A stretch of DNA of 64,000 nucleotides. Origin: Eledone cirrhosa. Its lineage: Eukaryota. Numbering within the stretch: position 1 is the stretch's first letter; every line of letters begins with the position of its first letter. The notes under the pieces were generated by a model. That model was given only the letters and a program-made list of their open reading frames with translations, was not told the origin of the DNA and ran no database searches. Below are positions 51,336 through 64,000 of this stretch, piece by piece. The stretch lies in the NCBI GenBank assembly GCA_964016885.1, contig OZ024741.1, positions 392,894,001-392,958,000 on the forward strand. Direction: 5' to 3'. Both the position numbers and the translations under genes were made by a program.

Positions 51336-52039
51336 ATATATATATATAAATTAAGGACCGAAACACTAGCTTGATGATATATATAGTGGTAAGACTTTCT
51401 CAGCAGAAATTCCCTCGTGTGTTTATACCCTTAACTTGTTTATATATATAAGAAAGTAAGTTTTTCTTTATATCCCACACGCGTAAAAATATAGGAAAAA
51501 GAAGTTGGAAATGCAGTTAGATTCTTTGAGAAGATTTCAGAGTTTTATGATTTGTGGCTCTGCCGTGATGTGTCACGCATCAGAAGGATTGGAAAATTTC
51601 TTTCCGTTCTATGCAAGAAAAGTTACTCGGATTGCTCAAAGTACAATTTGATTGATTGTGGATGATCACGTGACTAGGTATAGAGCTTCTTGTAGTTTTT
51701 ACACCAAACATTGGGAGTGCCCTGGTTCAGTGATGTGACTAGTAACAATCTCAAAAGGAATTCATATCTATTCTATTGTGTTATGTACTCTATAGAATGG
51801 TTTGTGACAATTCCCCACAATCAAATGGGCGGGGATTTAACTCATGTGTGTGCGTGTGTGTGCGTGTGCGTCTGCGTGCGTGTGTGCGTGTGTGTGTGCG
51901 TGCGTGCACGCGTGTGTGCGTGTCTGTGCGTGCGTGTGTGCGTACGCACGCGTGCACGCGCGCGCGCGTTTGTATGGAAATAGATTTTTTTGTTTGCTGT
52001 TACATTGAAATACGAAGAGTCACGTGACAAGTAAAAATA

Positions 52040-52443
52040 ATTTTTTCTACTTTTTGGCACAAGGCCAGCAATTACCCAGTGCATTACTGGTACTTTATTT
52101 TATCGACCCCGTAAGGATGAAAGGCAAAGTTAACCTTGGCGGGATTTGAACTCAGATCATAAAGGGCCGTAACTCTATGCTTCAAAGCATGGTGTCCGAC
52201 TCTCTACCGATACTGGTAATCCACCGCAAAAATAATGATGATGATAATAATTGTTTCTACTTTAGGCACAAGGGCAACAATTTGAAATGGAGGGCAAAGT
52301 CCAGGGCAACCCCAGTACTTACTGGTATTTTATTTTATCGACCTTATAAGGATGAAAGGCAAAGCTAACCTCGTCGTAAAGGGCTGTAACTATGCCGCAA
52401 AGCATATTGTCCGACGCTCTACCGATACTGCCAATCTACCGCC
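52040..52443 (-). mobile_element. Two tandem ATT-family SINEs (52040-52226 and ~52250-52443)
   Basis: Reverse-complement SINE bodies with TTTCTACTTT.GGCACAAGG ends. Confidence 0.85.
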
Positions 52444-52457
52444 CTTCATAATAATAG

Positions 52458-53270
52458 TAATAATGGTTTCTTTATTAGCCACACAGAGATTACATTAAGA
52501 GGACTATAAAGAAAGACGATACAGCGCGGTACAGTGCGGGCTTTTTTGTGTGAAAGAAAAGTTTATAAGAAAATTTAAAAAATTAATATTTGGGGAGGGC
52601 CATAATGTTTACATAATAATGCCCTCAAAAGTGGAGACACCTCCGAGGTTCACCCGTGGAGAAAGCTCCAAAAAAGCCACGGAAATCTGGGCCACTAGAG
52701 CAAGTGCTCTCTCTCAGATGTTCTCCAATTTGTAGGCGTATACTCAGAGCAACCCCATTCACTCGGACCGTGCTTGCCTCTCTCATTCACCTTTCAAAAA
52801 ACTGGCTGGAAGAATTTCCCTTTTCACCCTGATTTTCCTCTTCTCTTCAAGTGACACCTGAAAAGGTTAATCAAGGCTTCGCCGAAGAGGAAAAAGCTTG
52901 TCTTCAACTCTTTCAAACCGTCCACCACACGACTTCTTTCGCCGTGGCCACAAGGCCGATAAAAAGTGCCTGTCCTTCCCAACTAAAAGAAGACGACAGG
53001 GTGATCTTCATAATGGACTCAGCTGAAAGCCGGATCCGCGTGTCAGCAGGTTTTCAACATAAACCCACAAGTCAGCAATGCTCGGACACTGGACAAGTGT
53101 GTGTGCGCGCACATCTCGGACAGGACTGGCTGACGGCACTTCAATACATATAGAGTTTCTCTCGAACTGCTAAACCTCTTTGATAGCACCGAAAGTCCTG
53201 TGGAAAAGAGTGGGTTGTTGATTTTTGTCGAGCCCCAGAGTCTCCCCAAGAACGGCATCATTTTTACTCG
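52458..53270 (-). mobile_element. Diverged 3' fragment of an L1/Tx1 element (T3)
   Basis: Minus strand resembles the T1 C-terminus (CPSIADL, LVATAKEVVWWT, NFFRCHLKR, VRVNG) and 3' end GTGGCTAATAAAGAAACCATTATT. Confidence 0.8.
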
Positions 53271-53297
53271 TCACTCTACAGAACACCAATAGTAATA

Positions 53298-53693
53298 ATT
53301 ATTTCTACTATAGGCACAAGGCCAGCAATTTCGTAGGGAGGGGGAAGTCAATTAAATCGACCCCAGCGCATTACTGGTGCTTTATTTTATCGACCCGTAT
53401 GGATGAAAGGCAAAGCTAGCTCGGTAAGATTTGAAATTAGAACGTAAAGGGTCGTAACTTTATGCCACAAAGCTTGTTGTCCAATGCTCTACCGATAGTA
53501 ATAATTGTTTCTACTTTTGGCACAAGGCCAGCAATTATCCCAGTGCATTACTGGTACTTTATTTTATCGACCCCGTAAGGATGAAAGGCAAAGTTAACCT
53601 TGGCGGGATTTGAACTCAGACCATAAAGGGCCGTAACTCTTTGCTGCAAAGCCTGGAGTCAGACCCTCTACCGATACTGCCAATCCACCGCCC
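53298..53693 (-). mobile_element. Older ATT-family SINE (53298-~53496) plus younger copy (53503-53693)
   Basis: SINE bodies; younger copy flanked by TCTAC(C/T)GATAGTAATA direct repeats. Confidence 0.85.
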
Positions 53694-53764
53694 TTCTACT
53701 GATAGTAATAGTAATAATGATAATCAGCAAAATAAACAGAAATGTTACATGTGTGTGTCTATAA

Positions 53765-54064
53765 AGATGCCTTTCGATCACAAATGACCATGGGATTTGC
53801 ACCAAGAAAGTTCCCCTCCGAGCAAGCTTATTTGTGGAAAATTAGTAGTCGCCCATAGATACCAGTCATTCCTCTCCATGTCACGCATGTTGTCCAAGGG
53901 AAAGGCAAATGTTGATACAGCTTGGCATCAGTGACCTAACGATTCATTTATATAGCTGAGTAAACTGGAACAACGTGAAATAAAGTGTCTTGTCCAAGAA
54001 CACAACGAACTCACAACCTCACGATTGTAAGCCCGATGCTCTAACCACAAAGTCATGCGCCTTC
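53765..54064 (-). mobile_element. CORE-type SINE (second family)
   Basis: Reverse complement resembles 30853-31185 (GTGAAATAAAGTGTCTTG, CCAAGGGAAAGGC, ATGGGATTTGCACC). Confidence 0.8.
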
Positions 54065-54131
54065 ACATATATATATATATTTGTGTGTGTGAGAGAGAGA
54101 AAGAGTGTGTGTGTGAGAGAGAGATAGAGAG

Positions 54132-54163
<32 letters not shown>

Positions 54164-54330
54164 TGTGTGTGTGTGTGTGCGCGCGTCAGGTGGTTATGGT
54201 TCAGTAAGTAGCCGAGTGCACAAGAATTCTATTTGTGTGTGTATGTGTCTGTGTGTGTGAGTGGTTGTTGGGGGGGGGGAGTAGTTCTCCGTGCGGGTGC
54301 CTAAATTAGAAACCAATACAGAATGATAAT

Positions 54331-54543
54331 AATGGTTTCTGATTTAAGCACAAAGCCAGCAATTTTAGGGGGGAGGGAAGTCGATTAAATCTACCCCAGT
54401 GCGTTACTGGTACTTTATTTCATCGACCCCGTGAGGATGAAAGGGAAAGCTAACCTTGGCGGGATTTGAACCCAGAACGTAAGGGGCCGTAACTCTATGT
54501 CGCATTGCATTTTGTCCGACGCTCTACCGATACTGCCAATCCA
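54331..54543 (-). mobile_element. ATT-family SINE (older subfamily)
   Basis: GGCGGGATTTGAAC B-box complement and conserved body. Confidence 0.85.
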
Positions 54544-54689
54544 TTAGCGAAATGAACAAGAAGGTTACGCGTTTGGGTGCGTGAGGTTGTGTATATGTGC
54601 GTGTGGGTGTGTGTATGTGTGATGTATTGGCAAATGTTTCTCGTTAGAGTTTATTCAGACATGGTTTGTAATTTTGAATAAATATATTT

Positions 54690-55910
54690 TATTTATTTAT
54701 TCCTGTTTGGTCTGTGGTATTATCTGGATAAAGATAAAGTAATTTGGAATTTCGATGACTTATTTGTTGTGCCTAAATGCCCACTAAATGATTATCTGTC
54801 TTGTGGCAAGATTTTGTAATTGTTAGCAATTTACATTTAATAGCATATATTATTTTTTTGATCAACAGGTAAAACGATCTTTTACAAGATAAGTTTGTCC
54901 TGATTTCAATTTATACAATGTGCCCTTAATGTGGTTAATGCAAGTTCCACAATTAGGGTAACCACGCTTTTTGACTGTTGGTGTTGTGTTTGTGGTGGGT
55001 AATTTGGCGCTGGTGGGTAGTTTTTAAGGGATTTGGCTTTTGCTTTTGATTATTTTGCGTTTCAAGTGTTTTTTCTCATTCTTGGGTCTTGTCTCAATGG
55101 TGGGATGTACTTGTGAATAATGTTGCATGCTTCTGTATTTCTTTGATTGTGTGTTGAGATATAGGGTACAGTATTTTTTTTGTTTTTCGTAATTCTTGAA
55201 TATCTATTGCTTTGGCACAAACTATTTCGTTGTCTATTCATAATGATGGATACTGACTTTGGAGTAGAATTTTAATTCTTGGAGTCTTTTATTCCGAGTT
55301 TCATAATTTGAAACAATTGTACAGATTCTCGCAAGATTAAATGGAATATTTGTGCGTGTGTTTTGGATGGCTTGAGGTGAAGAGGAAGTATTGTTTAGAA
55401 TCTGTTAGCTTGTGGTTAATGTCAGTTTCAATATTTGTGTCTTTTTTATGATTAGAATATCTAGGAATGGCAATTGGTATTGACTATATTCCATTGTGAA
55501 TTGGATGTTATTATTGATGCTGTTAATTAGGGTCTTGAATTCATTGAGTTGGTCGAGAGTGCGCGTCCATAGAATGAGGCAGTAATCCAAGTAACGTTTC
55601 CTGTTGTCTAGCAAATATTTTTGGAAGTTCAAGCCGTATTTTAATCTATATTGTTCATATATCTGGACTTCTCGCATGTCATGACTAAATTGGCGTAAGT
55701 TGGAGCAACGTTTATGCCCATCGCATTACCCGATATATGTTTGTAAATATTGCCATTGAAATACAAAAAAATTGTTCTGTAGAATAAACTTTAGTCCCTC
55801 GGTGATGAAACCTTTTTCTATGCTTTCCGGGATTTCATTGGGGTATTTTTCGAGCCACAATCCTATTGCCTCTAGTTCGTATTGGTCTAGGATTTTAGTG
55901 TAGAGGTTTA
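54690..55910 (-). pseudogene. Decayed Penelope-like reverse transcriptase fragment
   Basis: LYTKI, KFILQNN, GNAMGINVAPTYANLV, KRYLD, NSINNNIQFTME..QLPFLDILI, VPYISTHN, CGTC. Confidence 0.82.
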
Positions 55911-57601
55911 CTTCTTTCTATAGACTTGACTACTCAACATACCAAAATAGACATGAATTCCTTTTGTCACTTCCAATATTTGGGGCAAAAACTGAAACAA
56001 AATTCCTAATTGCGTGATCATCTGCAACCAATCAAATTGTACTTTAAATATATAGCAATCTGAGCCATTTTTTGCATAGAACAGAAATACATTTCCCAAC
56101 CTCTCAGAAGCGTGACACGTCGCAGAATAGCCACATATCTCTCCATCTCAGTTAACTTTTGAAAATCATAAAACTGTGAAATCGGGAAGGTTATTGTAAA
56201 TAATCGTCTTAAAGACTCCGATTGCATGTTCAACTTCTTACACACACACACACAGTACAAGGGTTAAACGAGAAAAATGTACTTGGCAGTGTTTGGTAGT
56301 ACCAATATTTCAGAAAATTGGCATAACGTTTTGGCAAATTCAGATAAGATTTTTCATAGATTTCAATAAAACATTTGGAAGTACCGTTCCAGTAAAGAAA
56401 TGGGTGGTAAAGTACCGAATACAGGAATGGTACTCCAATGGTACAATGCAGTCATCAGAGGGCAATGGCTCATGATCCTCCACATCATCATTGCAAACCA
56501 AGAAGCAGAAATCTGAATTCAATTATAAAAGAAAAACTGGGGACCAAACCAAAATTTTCAACCGTATTTTATCCAGCTTATAAGAGACATGTAAAGCAAT
56601 TCCCCTCTTTCATACTTTTCCGTTTTGATCACCAGTTCATAAATTTTCAAACTCAAAGGAAAGCTATTCTCTTTCAAGATGAAGGATAAATTTCCACAAA
56701 ACTGGTGTAGCTTTTTTTGTTGTTTTTTTTCTGCAGGTTGTACAATGATGAATCTTGCATCGATGATACTAATGTTTATTTCATACGAATGAAGATCAGA
56801 AATCTAAGAAATGGAAAGAATTCCCTCAGCCTTGGACTAGGATATAAAAACAAACAAGATTTGAATTACAACTCATGATGCCTGTGCAAGAACTTGACAT
56901 ATTATTTTCAGTCTGTAAATGTTATCTTCAATCTTTTAAAATGCTGCTCTACAAAACATATCCATAGTGTAAGTGTTAAAACATTTGTGCTATGGTCAAA
57001 TGAGATAACTAAATAACGACTTAGAAATATTTCCAAGATGTTCATCACAGATTTTAAATCACTTTCTCCGATTTATAAAATTATTTTTATTTCATCTTCG
57101 CCTTCTTTAAATTTTGGCTGTATGTTGTCTTTGATGATTTGAGAGTGATCTTTATAATTCCTTTCTATAATATATAAACTTTGTTTGATATGCCAATTTA
57201 TAATTCTTTGTCTCTTAGCATTTTTAATAATCATTCCTAATAAACTGGTTTTAAAAGTTTTACGCTGTTATACACGAAGTAGCTTATAGAGATAAACTAA
57301 TTGTAAATACAATTGTAGATATTTAAAAGCAAGTAACACTAAATATGTTCAGACAGGACTAGTAGCTAAATTGTTCCTTTTCAATATTATCACTTTTTTC
57401 AAAAACACGAACACATTCCCCCTCTAAGCTACACACATTCCTTATTTATCTGAACGTTGTCCACTCGGCAGAAGTTATAGTTTAGTTCCTTACATTTTGT
57501 GATACCAAAACACAAATTTTTTTCATTAAGTTGAAATGAATGATTGCCAAAGTGCCCCTTTAAAATGAAAAGCAGATAAATTGTATTACCTTATAAATGT
57601 A

Positions 57602-57865
57602 TCACTCCGAATGGTAAACAGGTTTCTGGTGATCGATGTAGATATGATGTGAACTGTAATTGCCCCTGACAGGTTCCCACAGAAATAGATAGTAAGCAAT
57701 TAAAAATACTGCTGTGCCAAGTACCAGAGAAACATAAACTGAAATCATAATCATTTTAGATGCAATTAATTTATATTTCATCATTACGTGATCTTTTTTT
57801 TCGGGTTCCTTTTCATCTTCGTAACCTGTTCCGGCATATTTTATTCTATTTGTATTTGATGGCAT
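57602..57865 (-). CDS. Small single-pass membrane protein, InaF-motif (TRP-interacting helix) family-like, 87 aa
   Basis: YEDEKEPEKK...KMIMISVYVSLVLGTAVFLIAYYLFLWEP fits the InaF pattern (charged N-terminus, hydrophobic helix with xxY, ending YYxxxWxP); AAA-ATG context; acceptor TTTTTTTTCCTTCTGTAG upstream (exon start 57937); no recognisable repeats nearby. Confidence 0.75.
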   Translation of the reverse strand: MPSNTNRIKYAGTGYEDEKEPEKKDHVMMKYKLIASKMIMISVYVSLVLGTAVFLIAYYLFLWEPVRGNYSSHHIYIDHQKPVYHSE

Positions 57866-58427
57866 TTTAATATATTTCTGTGTTGTTTGAATATCAGACT
57901 CAAGAATAAAAAGAAGCAGTTCTGCACGGCTGTCTAACTACAGAAGGAAAAAAAACTGGACATTCTGTTTAAGCCACTTCACTCTTTACTACTTTCGCTC
58001 TAATTCCCATTCACTTCTTTCTTTATTTCTATTCTTTCTGAGCTTATTCCTCACTTCTTTCTTTCTAATGAAATTCATTGACCTTTTTCGGGTTTATTAT
58101 TGTTTGTTTGTTTCGTCGTTCTTATAAATCCGTCTCTTAAGGCCTGAAACAGATTAACCTTTCACATTTACAACTTTTATTTAAGTAATATTAAATATTC
58201 GTTCATCGCATTTCATCCTCTTAAATAGAAAATATTTCATAATTTGATATTTACAAAATTTGAAAAATTGGGAGGGAAATATTTATATGCGATTTTTTTA
58301 TAATGTACTGTTAGGTACATTATTCTCGAAAAATAAAAGATGGCATGGTGTCATGGTTAAGATAGTCACTGCACGTTGGTTACGGGTTCAATGCCACGGT
58401 GCAGTAACTCAAGTAATTGGCCTTCGT

Positions 58428-58469
<42 letters not shown>

Positions 58470-58470
58470 C

Positions 58471-58506
<36 letters not shown>

Positions 58507-58902
58507 GCTGATGTTATAATGTAAACAATATTAAATAGACCACCAAATAATTAATTAACCATTCATAAATATATAGAACATCAGCATCAAAGTACAAATA
58601 TCTAAAATTAAAAGTAATATCTAAGTGAATAAAATCTAGTCCAGAAATAAAAATATATAGGAATATATATAAAAAAATAAAAAAATAGATTAACAGTTCC
58701 TACATGCCTTACTACGAATCAAGCTACAAATCTGGTAACTTGATACCCGAGCCAGTTTACAATCAACAATGCCAACGAGAACAATTATCTCCCGCACATA
58801 TAAGAACTGCTACTTGAGAAATTCGGACATATGCTTACTGGTTGGCGAAGTGAATAACATATATGACCGGTAACATATCAATGGATATTTACATCTCGTT
58901 TG

Positions 58903-58976
58903 TATATTTGTCTGAAGAGAACACGTAGGGTAGTTAGTATACAACTGACTTACGTCTTTGAAATACGTATAAAATA
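58903..58976 (+). ncRNA. Degenerate minimal hammerhead
   Basis: CTGAAGA-GAAC-ACGTAGG...CTTACGT-CTTT-GAAA-TACG-TA; stem I imperfect. Confidence 0.45.
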
Positions 58977-59007
58977 GGGATGTACGAATAAAACCGTCTT
59001 TTTTGTT

Positions 59008-59080
<73 letters not shown>

Positions 59081-59215
59081 CGTGTGTGTGTATTGAAATT
59101 TCGTATTTCTAAAGAAATACGGTATGTTTATGGATAAACCTTTAGAAAGCCGTAGCTATGCAAAACACCGGGGCCATCGCCCTCTGGTGGTGTCCGGCAG
59201 AAGCAAGGGGGACAA

Positions 59216-59257
59216 TCGTCAATGCATTTCGAACTTAACTGGCTCTCATCAGGGCGA
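59216..59257 (-). ncRNA. Type I minimal hammerhead ribozyme
   Basis: Minus strand: TCGCC-CTGATGA-GAGC(CAGTTAA)GTTC-GAAA-TGCA-TT-GACGA; palindromic ATGCAT stem III; one stem I mismatch. Confidence 0.75.
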
Positions 59258-59391
59258 TCCCTCCCACACTTGCGGCTGGTGGATTTGAAAACAGGCGAGA
59301 ATATATGGTTTTCTCGTCTGTGTAAATGAGGTGATTAATCTCATTTGCATATGAAGCTGCATAATTTGGCTCAACTTATAATAGAATAGAA

Positions 59392-59475
<84 letters not shown>

Positions 59476-59818
59476 AGAGAGACAGAGGGGGGGTCTGCGA
59501 TGCTGAGACCGAGGAAACTACTAATCATGGGAGAACTCAATGCATGGTGAGATGCATTCTCTAAGACGGATATATTTCTGTCGCCACCTGTACCTCCTGC
59601 ATCACACTTACCAGCCCACAAAGCTGGCAACGAGTGTCATTCGAGGACCGTCTTCTATTAATATAACACGATATTTGTAGGTTGTCCCCGAATCAAATTT
59701 TCTATTTTCTATTTTCTATTTTCTATTTTCTATTTTCTATCTACCACTTTTTCTTTATCCTCTATTTTCCATTCTATGTTTGGGTTCAACGTAATCCAGT
59801 TACATAATTTTGCAAATA

Positions 59819-59890
59819 ACACCTGATGAAATCGCCTTGTCTTGTATCATAATCAGATGATAGAGTTGGGCCATCGAAATATGTACAGTG
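59819..59890 (+). ncRNA. Degenerate hammerhead
   Basis: CTGATGA-AATCGCC...GGCCATC-GAAA-TATG-TA-CAGTG; stems partly disrupted. Confidence 0.45.
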
Positions 59891-60103
59891 ATTTCGCAGG
59901 ATTAAAATTCTAAAGTAAATTTTCCAGTCCGGCCCTCTGTTGTTGTTTTAATGAATACTTTATTCCGTTCCTGCACCAGCCACAGGATACTACATCTACA
60001 ATGGATGATTTGCATAATGTTGATTGCTTTAATTAATTTGTTGCATCATCTTTTACCAAACCGAACTACCGGTTGTACCCATTGGTAAACAGCTTAACAT
60101 AAA

Positions 60104-60152
<49 letters not shown>

Positions 60153-60155
<3 letters not shown>

Positions 60156-60975
60156 TTTATGCTAACCAATGTAGCTAACCAATGTAGAAAGGCCCTAAGA
60201 AAGACCCACTTAAAGCTTAAAGTGGTAGAAAAGCCAGGAACTACCATAAAATCCCTGATCAACCGAACATACCCCTTTAAGAAAAACCCACTGTACTAAT
60301 AAGAAATGTGTTATATGTAAAATGAACCCCCAGATAAACTGTAAAACTAGAAATCTATAGCATAAGATGTACAGAGGGTACTTGCAGAAACATGACAACA
60401 TACATAGGTGAGACAGCTCGAAGCATAGGAGAAAGAATAGACCAACACTGGGGGGAATTAAAAGGACAAAAAAACGGTTCAGTACTATACGAACACACCA
60501 GACAAAAACATGACGGGAACATAGACAACATAGAAATTGAAATAATATCTAAACATAGAAGTGACCCAACAGGTAGGCAAATCAGAGAAGCGAGAGAAAT
60601 AGAGCTTAGAAAGCCAAAGTTAAACAGAAAAAATGAATGGAATAATAACAACAACCATACCCAAACAAACAATACTGACTTAAGAGAAATATAAATAAAT
60701 AAATAAATATATATATACACAAGTACAATAACAACAAACACATATAAACACGCACTAATAAACAAAGATAGAATACAAAAACCAAAACACATACACCCAA
60801 ACGCGACACACACGCAAACGCATGCGCAGAGACGGAGACAAAAATAAATAAATAAATTAATTAATTAATTAATTAATTAAATTAAAATGGCGTAAACACA
60901 ACACAATGGAAGGAAACATGATAATAGTACCACTGATGATGTTGCAGATGTGCAACGAAAGAACTTTGTTAGACT
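60153..60975 (+). mobile_element. Penelope-like element 3' fragment (GIY-YIG endonuclease plus pLTR)
   Basis: VVEKPGTTIKSL, C..KCVIC..NCKTRN, TYIGETARSIGERIDQH, SVLYEH, RQIREAREI..KPKLNRKNEW (ORF 60392-60694); flanked by (TA)n. Confidence 0.85.
60928..60971 (+). ncRNA. Type I minimal hammerhead in the Penelope pLTR
   Basis: TACCA-CTGATGA-T-GTTGCA(GATG)TGCAAC-GAAA-GAAC-TT-TGTTA; perfect stem II, one stem I mismatch. Confidence 0.7.
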
Positions 60976-61149
60976 ATATATATATATATTTATATCTGTA
61001 TTTTTAACCACAGGTCAGTCAATGATAAACATTGATTGCCAAATAAATTAACTATGAAGATGCAGAAGCGAAAAACCAACCAAACAGTGAGTGTGTTCTG
61101 TTATTATTTCAGGCAATATTATTACAACAATATGACCCTCCCCAGGTAT

Positions 61150-61244
<95 letters not shown>

Positions 61245-61294
61245 TATATATATATATATATAATATATTTATATATATATATATATATATAATA

Positions 61295-61420
<126 letters not shown>

Positions 61421-61502
61421 ATAATAATAAAATTGAAGACTAAAATCCAAAGAGGGCTCGATAAGGAAAATATATATCAAATATATAAGAACCGTAGAGC
61501 AA

Positions 61503-61814
61503 ATATTTATTAAAATAACAGATTAAAGTTTAAGCAAAGAATCGCTGCTTTCACCCTTAACGGGATCTTCTGAAACTAACAAAGTCAATCTGTAAACGCA
61601 GAACTGGATATTTCAAAAAACGTTGCAACCGGAGGAAGACAGGAAGACGATACTTTGGTTCGTGGTAACGTTCGCTGGCAAACAACGGGAAAAAACGTAT
61701 ACCACGTCATTAATAGGAGCGGTGAAAAACAATTACGCGCAAAGACAAAACCACGTTTATGGTATAAAGCAGCGATTCTTTGCTTAAACTTTAATCTGTT
61801 ATTTTAATAAATAT
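61503..61814. repeat. Perfect 49-bp inverted repeat (61503-61551 / 61766-61814)
   Basis: ATATTTATTAAAATAACAGATTAAAGTTTAAGCAAAGAATCGCTGCTTT and its exact reverse complement. Confidence 0.92.
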
Positions 61815-61877
61815 ATATATATATATATTATATATAATATATTTATATATATATATTATATATATATATTATATATA

Positions 61878-61910
<33 letters not shown>

Positions 61911-62152
61911 ATATTATATATAATATATATATATATATATATTATATATAATATATATATATATATATATATTATATATAATATTTATATATATATATTA
62001 TATATAATATATATATATATATTATATATAATATATATAATATATATATATATATATTATATATAATATATATAATATATATATATATATATTATATATA
62101 ATATATATAAAATATATATATATATATATAATATATATAATATATATATATA

Positions 62153-62230
<78 letters not shown>

Positions 62231-62233
<3 letters not shown>

Positions 62234-62965
62234 CGGCCGGAAAATTATATTCCCATTTGCCCTTTATAGCATAACTCTCTGCATTTACTGCGGTTATGAG
62301 AAGCGATTCTTATTCGGGTACAACTTCTGATTTAGCCTAAGAAAATATCTATATGCGTGTGTAATTTATACAAGCATATATTTATTTTTTTTATTTTCAA
62401 TTGAGTTCTTAAACACGTTGGATTGATAATGTTTTCAAAAAAACTAATTAACCCGCGTGTATATTATTTTTTTTCCTCATTTCGTGGATCGTGGGTTGTC
62501 TCCCTTTCCCGCTTCGTGTCGCTATGATACTTCCTCAGTCAAAAACTGCTGGAATTTCAAATTTGGCGGTCATTCGAGGTGAGAGAGAGCAACTCTACGG
62601 ACATGATTTTTGACAGCGGTAAGAAATTGTTTTCTTATATCAATGTTTAATGGGCTTCCACTGATGATTTATAAGTAGCCACCTAAATATATTCTTATAT
62701 GAATATATATTAGGCTTCTACATAAACTGGAAATATTCTCCCAAACTTGTAGAAAACTTATAATGAAACAATTGTTTGCAAAGAGAGATATACTTTAACT
62801 TTAATTATATCTCATAAAATAATACAACTGGTTTTTCCACATTATACATTTTGTTAGCACCCCAAACACTTAAATTGGGTTTATATTTTAATATAACCTA
62901 ATGTTTGTTGAGTGAGATGGTTATCAGTCAGAGTTTAGCTTTAAACTATCTGTGTTATTGTATTA
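62231..62965 (+). mobile_element. Hammerhead element H2, diverged relative of H1, in (TA)n
   Basis: Shared blocks CAATTGAGTTCTT, TTAGCACCCCAAACACT.AATTGGG and CTAATGTTTGTTGAGTGAGATGG; same 3' end point. Confidence 0.75.
62656..62781 (+). ncRNA. Type I hammerhead with branched stem II (second copy)
   Basis: TTCCA-CTGATGA-TTTATAAG...CTTATAAT-GAAA-CAATTG-TT-TGCAA; one stem I mismatch. Confidence 0.8.

Positions 62966-64000
<1,035 letters not shown>

Noticed and set aside
56712-56880. Strong plus-strand acceptor-like TTTTTTTTCTGCAG followed by a short open frame
   Set aside because: No recognisable peptide or partner exons; cannot be supported without RNA data

Overview
Eukaryotic, AT- and microsatellite-rich, transposon-dense DNA. 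The SINE types and repeat landscape suggest a cephalopod (Octopus-like); this is inference. 1-23.8 kb is a pile-up of non-LTR retrotransposons separated by (ATT)n tracts: restriction-like-endonuclease (RLE) R4/Dong-type elements, all on the minus strand, and L1/Tx1-type elements and tRNA-derived SINEs, mostly on the plus strand. 24.8-44.5 kb holds decayed RTE LINEs, a second set of R4-type RLE elements sitting in (CATA)n tracts, CORE-type SINEs and a Penelope-like GIY-YIG element with a long inverted arm. 45-64 kb has (TA)n arrays with Penelope-type and other hammerhead-ribozyme-bearing elements, fold-back inversions, a non-autonomous Helitron and SINE clusters. The only convincing host coding exon is an 87-aa InaF-motif-like single-pass membrane protein (57602-57865, minus). 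Most notable: (i) a two-copy hammerhead element with a branched stem II and compensatory changes between copies; (ii) a recurrent pattern in which RLE elements sit tail-to-tail in the microsatellite tails of APE LINEs and SINEs, including an apparent (CATA)n-specific R4 lineage; (iii) a 3' terminus shared by the SINE and the Tx1 LINE; (iv) the InaF-like exon with a splice donor just after its stop. All calls are by eye; no database searches were run.
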